Below are positions 20,309-29,311 of a DNA stretch of 64,000 bases, in pieces. Origin of the DNA: a virus; the IMG/VR virus record IMGVR_UViG_3300002925_000022, positions 26,081 to 90,080 of that record, one strand, 5' to 3'. The translations under genes were made by a program, and so were the position numbers. Within the stretch, counting starts at the first letter, position 1, and every line of letters begins with the position of its first letter. A model generated the notes under the pieces. It had not been told where the DNA came from and searched no databases. It was given only the letters and a program-made list of their open reading frames with translations.

Positions 20309-21031
20309 TTATCCTTCACTGTTATGCCGGAAATTCTTAATGAACTCCAGGAGTTTCCGGGCATCCTCTTGCCGCCTAGGGAACATGTCATTGTACATCT
20401 GGGTCACATTATCCCGTTGGCCGCGCGCCATGGTCTCGGTGTATGTCTGATCCCTTGGCTGCTTTCCTACGGCCCAATGCATATGTTCCGTATAGATACG
20501 AGGTTCATACACTCTCCGACCAATCATGTCGCTTACATCAGTAAGCCATGTGTCGTTGTAGTCACAGGAAAAATACGGTGGAACAAAATAACCTAGGGTA
20601 TTCACCCAATTTCGGTGAAGGAACCCGTGTGTCCCCAACTTTTCATTCTGAATACCATCCATGCCATGGACAAATACGATCTTATCCGGTTGGGCATTGA
20701 TGTGTTCCCTGACCAGGGTATCCCAGCCCTTAGACCGAAAGATAATATCATCCCCACAATGCATGAAAATGTCCCCGGTAGCCACCTTGTGACACTCGTT
20801 CCACATTTGAGAAAGAACAATTCTTTCCCCGCAGATACCAAGGTGCTGTGGAGAGTCCATCTTCTCAAATTGTTCCAATGAATGGATGTCGTCCTTGTCC
20901 ATGTAAAAAACGATTTCTAGATTCACCTTATCGTCTGCCGTGTTCCAAGCTGATTCCCAAAGCCGTTGCATTGCGTGGGGGCGACCTCGTGTTGGCGTCA
21001 AAAGACTGATCTTCGTGCTGTTGTTACTCAT
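20309..21031 (-). CDS. Glycosyltransferase family 2
   Basis: ISLLTPTRGRP, GDIFMHCGDD, YNDTWL. Confidence 0.85.
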   Translation of the reverse strand: MSNNSTKISLLTPTRGRPHAMQRLWESAWNTADDKVNLEIVFYMDKDDIHSLEQFEKMDSPQHLGICGERIVLSQMWNECHKVATGDIFMHCGDDIIFRSKGWDTLVREHINAQPDKIVFVHGMDGIQNEKLGTHGFLHRNWVNTLGYFVPPYFSCDYNDTWLTDVSDMIGRRVYEPRIYTEHMHWAVGKQPRDQTYTETMARGQRDNVTQMYNDMFPRRQEDARKLLEFIKNFRHNSEG

Positions 21032-21144
21032 TACCGAACAAACCTCTTTTGCCCTTTCTCATGAATCCCGTGGTAATTGGAATGATCTATCACCCAAGAC
21101 ACTCCAAAATCGTCTTCATAGAAGACCAAGAACCTGGAGGAATC

Positions 21145-21342
21145 CTAGCCGCTTGTTCGGGAAACACCTTCAGGGAGCTTATCGTAAAGCTTATCAATTG
21201 AAATCTTTCCGTCTCGACACGCTCGGATAGCATCCCGAAGCTCCTGAACTTTTATGGCCATCACATACAGGGATGACTTCATCCAGGATTCAACTCCATA
21301 CCCGGAGAAACTTTTGACGATTTCTTGAAGGTCTTTATCCAT
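21145..21342 (-). CDS. Small hypothetical protein
   Basis: 65 aa; start overlaps the upstream stop. Confidence 0.45.
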   Translation of the reverse strand: MDKDLQEIVKSFSGYGVESWMKSSLYVMAIKVQELRDAIRACRDGKISIDKLYDKLPEGVSRTSG

Positions 21343-22103
21343 TAACGGTTCTCGTTATTTGTGCTCGTCCATCTTCTGTAAAGATACAGTGGTTCAGCCA
21401 ATACAGTGGTGTTTCGGAGAGCCAAAGTTACCCGGATATTGAAGTCCGAATCCTCGGAGTTGGTGATTCTAAGACCCATTCCTGGAGGGTTGAACCGGAA
21501 TCCGACATTCCACAATGCCTTTAGGAACATAGCAGAGGTTCCGGCCGTTTCAAACTCCGCAGTGAAGTAGTGGTTGATGCCTTCAGTCTCAAATCCGTAC
21601 TGGACCATCTGAGAAACGACATCTGCCTCAATACCCTTAAGATCTCCTTCCAAATACTCGTTCTTCCGCTTTTGTACTTCTTCCTCGGAGTAGCAATGAT
21701 AGAAACCACAGAGATTATGAACGCTTTCTGTTGCCCTCATGGCTTGGAACTGTCTCTCAATCCGCTGAGGAAGAGCAATATCATCGGCATCCTGACAGGT
21801 GACAATAAGACCATTACACCGCTCAATAGCTGTATTCAGGCAGAACCACTTTCCCTTGTTTGTTGGAAAGTTAATGTACCGCACCCTCTGGTCTTTCCGG
21901 CACATTCTTTGTGCAACTTCATCTGTCTCATCCTTGGAACCATCATTCACAATAATAATCTCCAAGTTGTTGTAGGTCTGCCCGATGATGCTCTCTACAC
22001 TCTCCTGAAGATACTTACCGTGGTTGTAACAAGGAATAACCACAGTAATCACTGGAAGTTCGGTAACTGATTCTTCTTGACCTGCTGTTGTTTCTTCTGA
22101 CAT
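21342..22103 (-). CDS. Glycosyltransferase family 2
   Basis: VVIPCYNHGKYLQESVESI...IIIVNDGSKD...CQDADDIALPQRIERQ...EDSDFNIR. Confidence 0.95.
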   Translation of the reverse strand: MSEETTAGQEESVTELPVITVVIPCYNHGKYLQESVESIIGQTYNNLEIIIVNDGSKDETDEVAQRMCRKDQRVRYINFPTNKGKWFCLNTAIERCNGLIVTCQDADDIALPQRIERQFQAMRATESVHNLCGFYHCYSEEEVQKRKNEYLEGDLKGIEADVVSQMVQYGFETEGINHYFTAEFETAGTSAMFLKALWNVGFRFNPPGMGLRITNSEDSDFNIRVTLALRNTTVLAEPLYLYRRWTSTNNENR

Positions 22104-22243
22104 ATTTAAAGCCCTGCTTTTCTTAGATTTCGTCTGTTAGGTGGAAAGTAGCCTGCCTGGTACGGAACGAATATATCCTGGAAGAGGATTGAACCTTTGG
22201 CGAATCCCCCGGATCTACGTCTAAAAGCGCCTTTACGTACTTA

Positions 22244-22441
22244 TTATACCCATTCAGGGTCATAATCTTCAGCCTTTGGGGTCAAGTTCAGCCCAGCCTT
22301 GCGTATCTGTTTCAGTAAAGGGAACATCTTGTAATAATCTAGTACTTCTTTGGAATGCGCAGAAATCCAGCTAGATAGAGGTGTTGTTGAAGCAACAACC
22401 GTCTTGTTCACACTGGGATTCTCTGGGGACTGTTCAGCCAT
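22244..22441 (-). CDS. Small hypothetical protein
   Basis: ATG at 22441 overlaps the end of the upstream GT (MAEQSPENP...). Confidence 0.4.
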   Translation of the reverse strand: MAEQSPENPSVNKTVVASTTPLSSWISAHSKEVLDYYKMFPLLKQIRKAGLNLTPKAEDYDPEWV

Positions 22442-23459
22442 GGTTCTTAACCCATTCTTGAATGACAGCCGGATGAGGACGATGAATAGTAACGTGAGGG
22501 GTAACAGTTTTCCCATCCCACCTAGAATGAAAAATATGCCCTCCGGTCTTGGTTTCCAATTCCTCAGCTTTCTGGCGAATCATCTCTTCGGTTACTTCAG
22601 ACCACGGAACCTCAAAGAAGGGATTCCAGTTTGGATCTTTGTTTTGGACACTATCTGGTCCATACATTGCTTTCCAAAAGGTTGTCCAGAAAGAACGGTA
22701 CTGATAGATCTTCCTTTCAATGGAAAACCAAGAATAATGATGAACCCCTGGGAACTCGTTCACAAACTGGTTGAACCACTTCTCATAGGCTGTTACTAGC
22801 TTCGGATTCTTCATAGCCATCTGCCGGAGTCCTTCAATCTCCGAAGGCATAAACCCCATGACAGGAAGAATCTGCCCCGTGCTCTTAGAAATATAATCGC
22901 ATCCATCCGTCCCAGGGGACGCATAGTCCAAACCGTTGAACTTCCTCCTAAGCTGAACCGGAATCCCATGAGTAATATCGGGTAGATTACGAGAAAGACG
23001 AGCCTTCCAAGGATTGATGTCAACTCGCACTTTCCCTTTACTTCCCCAATACTCCATAACTGGCAAAGCAACAATCGAACAATGCCGGAGATAGTTCAGC
23101 TTCTCAATCAACGACCGAACCTTTGGCGCATCCAGTTCGTGAACAATCTCGTCCGTGTCGAACTGCCAGAGAAATTCACCTTTGCAATTCGCTCGCGCAA
23201 GCGCCTTGGCCCGTCCATCAAAAATCCCGTGATTAGGAGCCTTCCAGTCGATCTGATCGGTGTGGATGACCCGTACCCTTGGCTCCTCCCTAGAAATGGA
23301 TTGTAGAGACTCTAGGGTGCCTTCCTGAGGGTCTCCAGAATCAAGGACAACCACTTCATCGGCAAACTGAAGCATGCTCTTGATGGACTCCTGGAAGGGA
23401 TAGTCCATGGTCAAAGCATTTCGAGTAGTGGTGTAAGCTGAAATCGTGAAGGTTGTCAT
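22434..23459 (-). CDS. Glycosyltransferase family 2-like
   Basis: YPFQESIKSMLQFADEVVVLDSG, LWQFDTDEIV (DxD), IHHYSW-like HHYSWF. Confidence 0.85.
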   Translation of the reverse strand: MTTFTISAYTTTRNALTMDYPFQESIKSMLQFADEVVVLDSGDPQEGTLESLQSISREEPRVRVIHTDQIDWKAPNHGIFDGRAKALARANCKGEFLWQFDTDEIVHELDAPKVRSLIEKLNYLRHCSIVALPVMEYWGSKGKVRVDINPWKARLSRNLPDITHGIPVQLRRKFNGLDYASPGTDGCDYISKSTGQILPVMGFMPSEIEGLRQMAMKNPKLVTAYEKWFNQFVNEFPGVHHYSWFSIERKIYQYRSFWTTFWKAMYGPDSVQNKDPNWNPFFEVPWSEVTEEMIRQKAEELETKTGGHIFHSRWDGKTVTPHVTIHRPHPAVIQEWVKNHG

Positions 23460-23462
23460 TGA

Positions 23463-23816
23463 TTATTCTTCTTCGCCCAAAAGTGCATCACAGTCCTTGT
23501 CCTTACCATGAGGTGTGAAACACTCAGAACAAAATTTCTCCTTGGATTTCTTTAGTGAAGACTTAACTGGAATATGCCAAAAACTGGTTCTTTGCTGCCT
23601 TTCTATGATTTTTTGCAGGTCGGTTCGATAACGTGAAACCATCATGATTGCAATGAGTGCTGATCGCATAGCCTTGCCGAGTTCTTTCGTTAGCTTGGCG
23701 TTTGATTGCTGTTGCCACCGAAGCTTATCCAGACTCTCAGCAGTCTCACGCAATACCATAATTGCACCCTTCAACACAACCTCAAGTTCTTTTCTCTCTC
23801 TCATCAAAAACTCCAA
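23463..23816 (-). CDS. Hypothetical protein with C-terminal Cys/His motif
   Basis: 117 aa; CSEC...H...C near the C-terminus. Confidence 0.5.
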   Translation of the reverse strand: MEFLMRERKELEVVLKGAIMVLRETAESLDKLRWQQQSNAKLTKELGKAMRSALIAIMMVSRYRTDLQKIIERQQRTSFWHIPVKSSLKKSKEKFCSECFTPHGKDKDCDALLGEEE

Positions 23817-23865
23817 TTGTAGAGTTGGGAGTCACTTCAGTTTATAGCCTGGAAACCATAAAGTC

Positions 23866-24771
23866 TTATGGACAGAGAGGAGTCGCTCTGAAGTCACAGA
23901 AACGACAGGCTGTTCGATTCTTCAGCCAGTAACGCTTGGCAATGAGGTTCAGCGACAAAGAAATAAGGTCAAGAGCATCTTGCCTCGTCTTGTCTCCAGC
24001 AGAAACCGGGACAAGTTCACAACATTCCTTCTTGGCTGTGCGCTTGAGAAGGACAAAGCCGCAATGGATGGTTTCCATTGCTATGCCTGTCTTAACACTG
24101 AAAAAGTGTTTATAGAGAGCTAGCTGCATCCGCTTGTACTTGTCCTGCTTCCTCTTTTTGTCCCACCCCCAAGAAGTCGTCTTCCAATCAAGAATCCAGT
24201 AGGTGTATTCCGTTGCTATTTCCTTTTTTCCCTTTCGAACTTTAATTGGAACCTTGATCACACAATCAATGAATCCCTTGAACCACTTGTTGGTTTTACC
24301 TTCAATTGGTTCAAACAGTGGAAACTCAGCAGCCACAATTTTCCACCCCGGAAAGGTTGCATCCATCCACACTGGAACCCTTCGGAGAATGCGGTCAATG
24401 GGTTCCAGCCACTCTTCCTGCAATTCTCCGGGGTCTGGTTTGAAATTTGGAAGATTATTGAAGCCTTTCAAAACCTCATTGCAACAGACTTCAATCCGCT
24501 CATCCCAGTCAAAATCCTGGAAGTTCTGGCTAAGAAGCCAATCCTGGAGTGCTGAGTGAATCCCATGACCGTAGATGGTGTGTTCGCTGTCTTGTTCAGT
24601 ATGACCGTCCACATACTTTAGCTTGTGCTTGTACCCGCATTCATTGCATGTGCTAATTTCAGAAAAGGAAATATGATGCTTCCCTGTCGGAAGTATCGTT
24701 GGATCTTTGAAGAGAGGAAGATGAACGACCATCCCATTATAATGGGCCGCTTTATCGTTTCCGTATTCCAA
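23866..24771 (-). CDS. PD-(D/E)XK nuclease (RecB/Cas4-like exonuclease)
   Basis: SFSEISTCNEC, GHGIH, AEFPL, KGFIDCV, ILDWKT, QLALY, CRFCDF...CP (Fe-S cysteines). Confidence 0.9.
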   Translation of the reverse strand: MEYGNDKAAHYNGMVVHLPLFKDPTILPTGKHHISFSEISTCNECGYKHKLKYVDGHTEQDSEHTIYGHGIHSALQDWLLSQNFQDFDWDERIEVCCNEVLKGFNNLPNFKPDPGELQEEWLEPIDRILRRVPVWMDATFPGWKIVAAEFPLFEPIEGKTNKWFKGFIDCVIKVPIKVRKGKKEIATEYTYWILDWKTTSWGWDKKRKQDKYKRMQLALYKHFFSVKTGIAMETIHCGFVLLKRTAKKECCELVPVSAGDKTRQDALDLISLSLNLIAKRYWLKNRTACRFCDFRATPLCP

Positions 24772-25750
24772 ATTTCGCTCTTACCTGAAACTCCGAAAGT
24801 GTTCGGGCATTCGAATAAGAAAAAGCACTTCGGAGCCCCCCAGCAATATCATCCACAATACGCTTCACCGGTCCCTTGTGTTCAACAAGAATCGATGTCC
24901 CCTCTGGTGTTGGAGTACAACTATCATCTACTCTGATAAGATGCATGGCGTCCTCGGACGCCATGCCACGGTAGACCTTCTTACCATCAACCACCCAGTC
25001 CCCTGGGGCCTCATCGGTACCAGCAAAAAGACTGCCTGCCATCACAAGATCGGCACCGGCTGCAATGGCCTTGGCAACATCCCCGTACTCCCTAATGCCT
25101 CCATCAGCAACTAAAAGCACCTTCCTAGAAAGCGACTCAAGCCCCACTGCACAGTCCTCAATAGCTCCAAGCTGGGGAACAGTAACACCCGTAACATTCT
25201 TCGTTAAGCATACAGCACGCGGGCCTATCCCCACCTTCACTGCATCTGCACCCCAGGAAGCCAAAGCAATAGCACCAGAACGGGTAGCCACATTACCAGC
25301 CATGAGAAAGATATCGGTGAAGGTTCCCTTCATCCACTCCATCATATCTCTCATCATTTTTGAGTGCCCATGGGCAATATCAATAATAAAATAACGTGCT
25401 CCAGCCTCGTAAAGAGCTTGAGCACGCTCTTTGCTATCTCGATTTACTCCCACAGAGACAAAACAGTCCAATTGCTGGTTAGGAGTTCTCCTTACGAGCC
25501 TGTATTTTTCAACATTTTCCTTAATTGACCAAAAACGATGAAGTGCTCCAAGAGCACCAGCTTCTCGCATAGAACGAGCCATGCAAACATTGGTCACCGT
25601 GTCCATGTTGGCCGAAATCACTGGAACCGATACATCAAGGTGGCCCACCTTTATTGAGATATCCACCTCCGATCGGGTATTCACCTCGGAGTATTGAGGA
25701 ATCAGGTACACATCCTTATACTCAAGTCCTTCAAACTGCTGTTGTTTCAT
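24752..25750 (-). CDS. IMP dehydrogenase / GMP reductase family (no CBS domains)
   Basis: ISANMDTV, IDIAHGHS, AGNVAT, VKVGIGP.AVC, ADGGIREYGDVAKAIAAGAD, YRGMAS, EG. Confidence 0.9.
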   Translation of the reverse strand: MKQQQFEGLEYKDVYLIPQYSEVNTRSEVDISIKVGHLDVSVPVISANMDTVTNVCMARSMREAGALGALHRFWSIKENVEKYRLVRRTPNQQLDCFVSVGVNRDSKERAQALYEAGARYFIIDIAHGHSKMMRDMMEWMKGTFTDIFLMAGNVATRSGAIALASWGADAVKVGIGPRAVCLTKNVTGVTVPQLGAIEDCAVGLESLSRKVLLVADGGIREYGDVAKAIAAGADLVMAGSLFAGTDEAPGDWVVDGKKVYRGMASEDAMHLIRVDDSCTPTPEGTSILVEHKGPVKRIVDDIAGGLRSAFSYSNARTLSEFQVRAKFGIRKR

Positions 25751-25769
25751 AAGTCTCCTATTTACGGTT

Positions 25770-26135
25770 ATGATTCAAACTGCTGAAAATCTTGCCTTGT
25801 TCAAGAAATTCACTGCCTATGTCATTGAACAACTGGATATCAAGTCCAATGCAAAGATTGTTTTCGTCTTTGGCCACGATCCCAAATATCCTTCGGCCGG
25901 TGGTTACTTCCCAGACGAGAAAACAATCGTTGTTGCAGCCAAGAACAGAGCTATCGCTGACGTAATGAGAACTTTAGCACACGAACTAACCCACCATCGA
26001 CAATATGAACTCCAAATGATTGGTCCTGGGGATACAGATAACCAAAAACTTGAAGACCAAGCCAATGTTTACGCCGGAAGACTGGTCAGATGGTTTGGTA
26101 GGGAACATAAAGAAATTTACAGCGACTTGGCTTAG
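25770..26135 (+). CDS. Small HExxH zinc metallopeptidase-like protein
   Basis: RTLAHELTHHRQ...EDQAN. Preceded by TATTTA-N5-ATG. Confidence 0.7.
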   Translation: MIQTAENLALFKKFTAYVIEQLDIKSNAKIVFVFGHDPKYPSAGGYFPDEKTIVVAAKNRAIADVMRTLAHELTHHRQYELQMIGPGDTDNQKLEDQANVYAGRLVRWFGREHKEIYSDLA

Positions 26136-28972
26136 CAAAGCCCCGCAAACTGCGACCAGAAAACATCCCCCCTAGTTCGAAGGTAGTTCTCACACCCTTC
26201 TGGTGTTCCCTTAAACCAATCATCGTGCTTCTGTAGCACGTTCTCATTGCACATCACTTCCAAGCCCATCAGCTTGGCTTCCAAAGTCACCCTGGGACAT
26301 GTGTCTCGATCCAAAGGCATAAAAATCAGTCCTTTGTACTCAGAGAGTTTCCGAAGGAACTCCTTGTACGGAAGATTCGGAATAGGTTCAAACTGATACC
26401 TCTTCAAGGTACACCACTTCTGTGTCTCTTCCACCCCCTTGATCCAGGAACCAGACCCAAGGGTGGCCCAAAGCGGCTTCCGTTCCGTGCCCCCCTTCCG
26501 GTATGACGCCAAAATATCCAGGGTCTCATCATCAAAAACAGAAGAAAGAACCATGTGCCCTGGGTGAGTAACAAGTTCTGGAACATGCTTAAGCCAGTGA
26601 TCCTTCTGGCCAGAAGACATCCAGAAGATCTTATCGGCCTTCTGGAAAACCCGAGCAACAAACAGTCCGTGTGTCTCCTTCGCACAATTGCAAGGCTGCC
26701 CTGTAGCCTGCTGATGCCGATTGGTAGACCGGTAAGCACAAAACTTAAAATCGTACTCCACAATCGAATACCGAATTCCAGCATCAGGAAGATACCGTAT
26801 CATAGCATCCGACATGGATGCAAAATTGCCGAAAATCCAGTACTTGTCCTTGTTGGCATCCAGAAGTTTCTTGTTCGCCGAGTTTGAGTGAAGCCGGAAC
26901 ACCTTGTAAGGACTCTTCTTGATGATGGCTTCCGAAGTCAATTCGGCGCCTCCAGCAACTTCACGAACAAAATAATCGTTAACAAAAACTACTTTCGTGG
27001 ACTTGGGAATGCTGTACTCAACAGCCATCCCTGTAAAAAAACTACGACCTAAAGTTCCGTTCATGTCTTCTTCTTCTTCTTCTTGTCTTTTGTCTTCTTG
27101 AGGGTTTGAAGCCTCCTCCACATCATGGAGAAGAATAACGTTCATGTCTTTCGTGCCCGGTTCTCCGTAAGGCTTCTTGTCTCTCCAGAGGATATCTAGA
27201 AGATTCAACTCTCGGGCATGGTCCAGTCGTGGAAGTGACAAGTGTTCAACATCCTCACCAACATCACTGAATTCACCAGGATTTCCCTGAACGTGTTTCA
27301 CTTCAACCACACTGATCGCTTGGGTACCTTCAAGCTCGTTGAAACCATTCACACGATACCTTCGGCATAGAACTCCAATGATATCCCCTGGTTTTACGGT
27401 GTTGATCCAGGACAAAGTTTTCTCCTTGTCCATGACCAATTCATTCCGTTCCAAAAGGTCCATTTGTTCTTCAGTAATCCGAGAAAGCAACGCCATCATG
27501 GCCTTGTTGTATTCATAGCCAGTCTGGCCCATGTAAAGATGTTCCCGGGAGTGCTGCTTTACTGGTTCCTGGGACTTGATGACTTCAACGCGAACCTTAC
27601 GCCCATTATGGACAATCACATCGCCGTCTTTAAGTCCCTTCTTGCTGTTACCACTGGAACTTGTTGCACTGTTGTTGCTGTCTTCCTTTTGTTCGTTTCC
27701 CGACATGTTCAGCGTTTCCATTGACCTGGAACGGTCCTTCAGCACAACCTTAGAAGGTTCCGTTGAAGTTTGCACGCCATTCTTGACCATCCAGAAATTT
27801 CCCTTCTTCGTGCGTTTCTTCACAAAGCCAAGTGAAAGTAGCTTTTGTGCTAACATCTGGGGCTTGTAGGTCGCAAACCGATCCAAACCCTGCGATTTCA
27901 TGTATTGTTTTCGCTGGATAGCGATTTCCTTAAGAGTCATCGCTGTTCCAATGTCAGTTGTTTCCTCCAGTGTGCTAAAGAACTTATCGTCGAAAGCCTT
28001 AAGAGTTTTAAGATCATGGGGTGCTTCATACCCCTTCTTTGCAAGCCACCCAAGATATAGTTCGTTCACCTTCTCAAAGGTGTTGTCGTAGGACGGATAC
28101 TTGGCAACTGACTGCACAATCGATTCCAACTCGTTCTTGAAAGAACTGGAATCCTCAAAACATCTGAGATACTCCAAAGCCAATTTCCTCAGCTTTTCCT
28201 CGCTTGCTCCATGAGCCCGTTCCGAAGATAGAAGACGGTGCATTGTCATATTCCGTACCCCACAAGGAATCAAAGTCCCACTCGCCATCTTCTCCCGAAT
28301 CATGGTAATAGACATGTTTTGCCATAGCTTCGCATTCTCTGAAACAGAAGACCTAGTTGAAATAACAGTTCTCTCTTCACCCTTTGCCTTCTTCTCCTTC
28401 TTTTTTGCCGTTATCCTCAGCTTTTTCTCCAGAAATTCTGGAACTTCCTGGATGGTTGTCGACTTTAGATCGCAAGTAAACTCGTACCTCTTTCCGTTCT
28501 TGTGCAAACTGGGGGCAATTACCACAAGCCCTCCAGTCCCACGAATGTCCACCTTCTCATCCACCATCTGACAGGAATTCTTTACAGGAAAATTAGACCA
28601 ATAAAAAGCATGGTCCCCTCCACTCCCGCTCCGTTGAGTCACAGTTGTGCTATGCCTCGCAAGCCTCTGAAGAAATGGATGAGCCACAATATCCCCATCA
28701 ACAACCACAAGAAACTTCCCTGTTACTTTACTCCACCTCCCAGTGCATATTGCCAAATTAACCGGCTTCTTCCCCCGCAACCATTTCATTACCTTCGCCG
28801 GTTCCATTGAAGCAACCTTTTGCCAGTTACTCATCAATGGATGTTTCCCTGGACTTGGGCAAGAAGAACCCCTCTTGCAAGTACACTGTCCCCCGTCAAT
28901 TCCATAACACGGAAGCAATGGAATCCCAAGATCACAAAAGAAAGTAACTATTTCCTGCATGGTGATCGCCAT
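26132..28972 (-). CDS. Bifunctional primase-polymerase (Prim-Pol + PriCT) fused to a C-terminal glycosyltransferase-like domain
   Basis: N-terminal CTC...SPGKHP...NLAICTG...VVVDGD...SGSGGDHAF...VDIRGTGGLVVIAPSLH and GVRNMTMHRL (PriCT). C-terminal VFVNDYF...GGAELT...YKGLIFMPLDRDTCPRVTLEAKLMG (GT-B-like). Confidence 0.8.
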   Translation of the reverse strand: MAITMQEIVTFFCDLGIPLLPCYGIDGGQCTCKRGSSCPSPGKHPLMSNWQKVASMEPAKVMKWLRGKKPVNLAICTGRWSKVTGKFLVVVDGDIVAHPFLQRLARHSTTVTQRSGSGGDHAFYWSNFPVKNSCQMVDEKVDIRGTGGLVVIAPSLHKNGKRYEFTCDLKSTTIQEVPEFLEKKLRITAKKKEKKAKGEERTVISTRSSVSENAKLWQNMSITMIREKMASGTLIPCGVRNMTMHRLLSSERAHGASEEKLRKLALEYLRCFEDSSSFKNELESIVQSVAKYPSYDNTFEKVNELYLGWLAKKGYEAPHDLKTLKAFDDKFFSTLEETTDIGTAMTLKEIAIQRKQYMKSQGLDRFATYKPQMLAQKLLSLGFVKKRTKKGNFWMVKNGVQTSTEPSKVVLKDRSRSMETLNMSGNEQKEDSNNSATSSSGNSKKGLKDGDVIVHNGRKVRVEVIKSQEPVKQHSREHLYMGQTGYEYNKAMMALLSRITEEQMDLLERNELVMDKEKTLSWINTVKPGDIIGVLCRRYRVNGFNELEGTQAISVVEVKHVQGNPGEFSDVGEDVEHLSLPRLDHARELNLLDILWRDKKPYGEPGTKDMNVILLHDVEEASNPQEDKRQEEEEEDMNGTLGRSFFTGMAVEYSIPKSTKVVFVNDYFVREVAGGAELTSEAIIKKSPYKVFRLHSNSANKKLLDANKDKYWIFGNFASMSDAMIRYLPDAGIRYSIVEYDFKFCAYRSTNRHQQATGQPCNCAKETHGLFVARVFQKADKIFWMSSGQKDHWLKHVPELVTHPGHMVLSSVFDDETLDILASYRKGGTERKPLWATLGSGSWIKGVEETQKWCTLKRYQFEPIPNLPYKEFLRKLSEYKGLIFMPLDRDTCPRVTLEAKLMGLEVMCNENVLQKHDDWFKGTPEGCENYLRTRGDVFWSQFAGLC

Positions 28973-28999
28973 CCAAAGCTCCCTAAAGATCCCACATCG

Positions 29000-29225
29000 C
29001 CATTAACTCTTAAACTCTTCTCTCTGTCTTTCTATCTCTTCTCTTTATTCTTATTATACCCCCTACTCTATCCTCTCTTCTTTCTCCTACTTCTACTTTT
29101 AACTCTTAACTGTTAACTGTATTATACTTTAACCTTAACCTTAACTCTTAACCTTAACTCTTTCCCCCTTCCCCCCCCCCCTTTCTTGGTAGTGTTCCAC
29201 CCAATGGGATAAGTGGGCAGAAACA
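29000..29225 (-). repeat. Non-coding element copy 1 (TTAAGAGTTAAGG repeats plus GTGGAACACTACCAAGAA block)
   Basis: + strand ttaaccttaaccttaactcttaaccttaactctt at 29129-29162 and ttcttggtagtgttccac at about 29183-29200. Confidence 0.85.
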
Positions 29226-29311
29226 AAAGACAATTCTCTTTGTCTCTTTTTTCTCCCTCTTTGGCTATTCGCCTTTATTTGCTTAAAAGAGAAGTGAGGG
29301 GGAGATGAGGT

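Noticed and set aside
22150-22220. GGTTCAATCC T-loop-like motif on the - strand
   Set aside because: The T-stem pairs poorly and no cloverleaf can be built.
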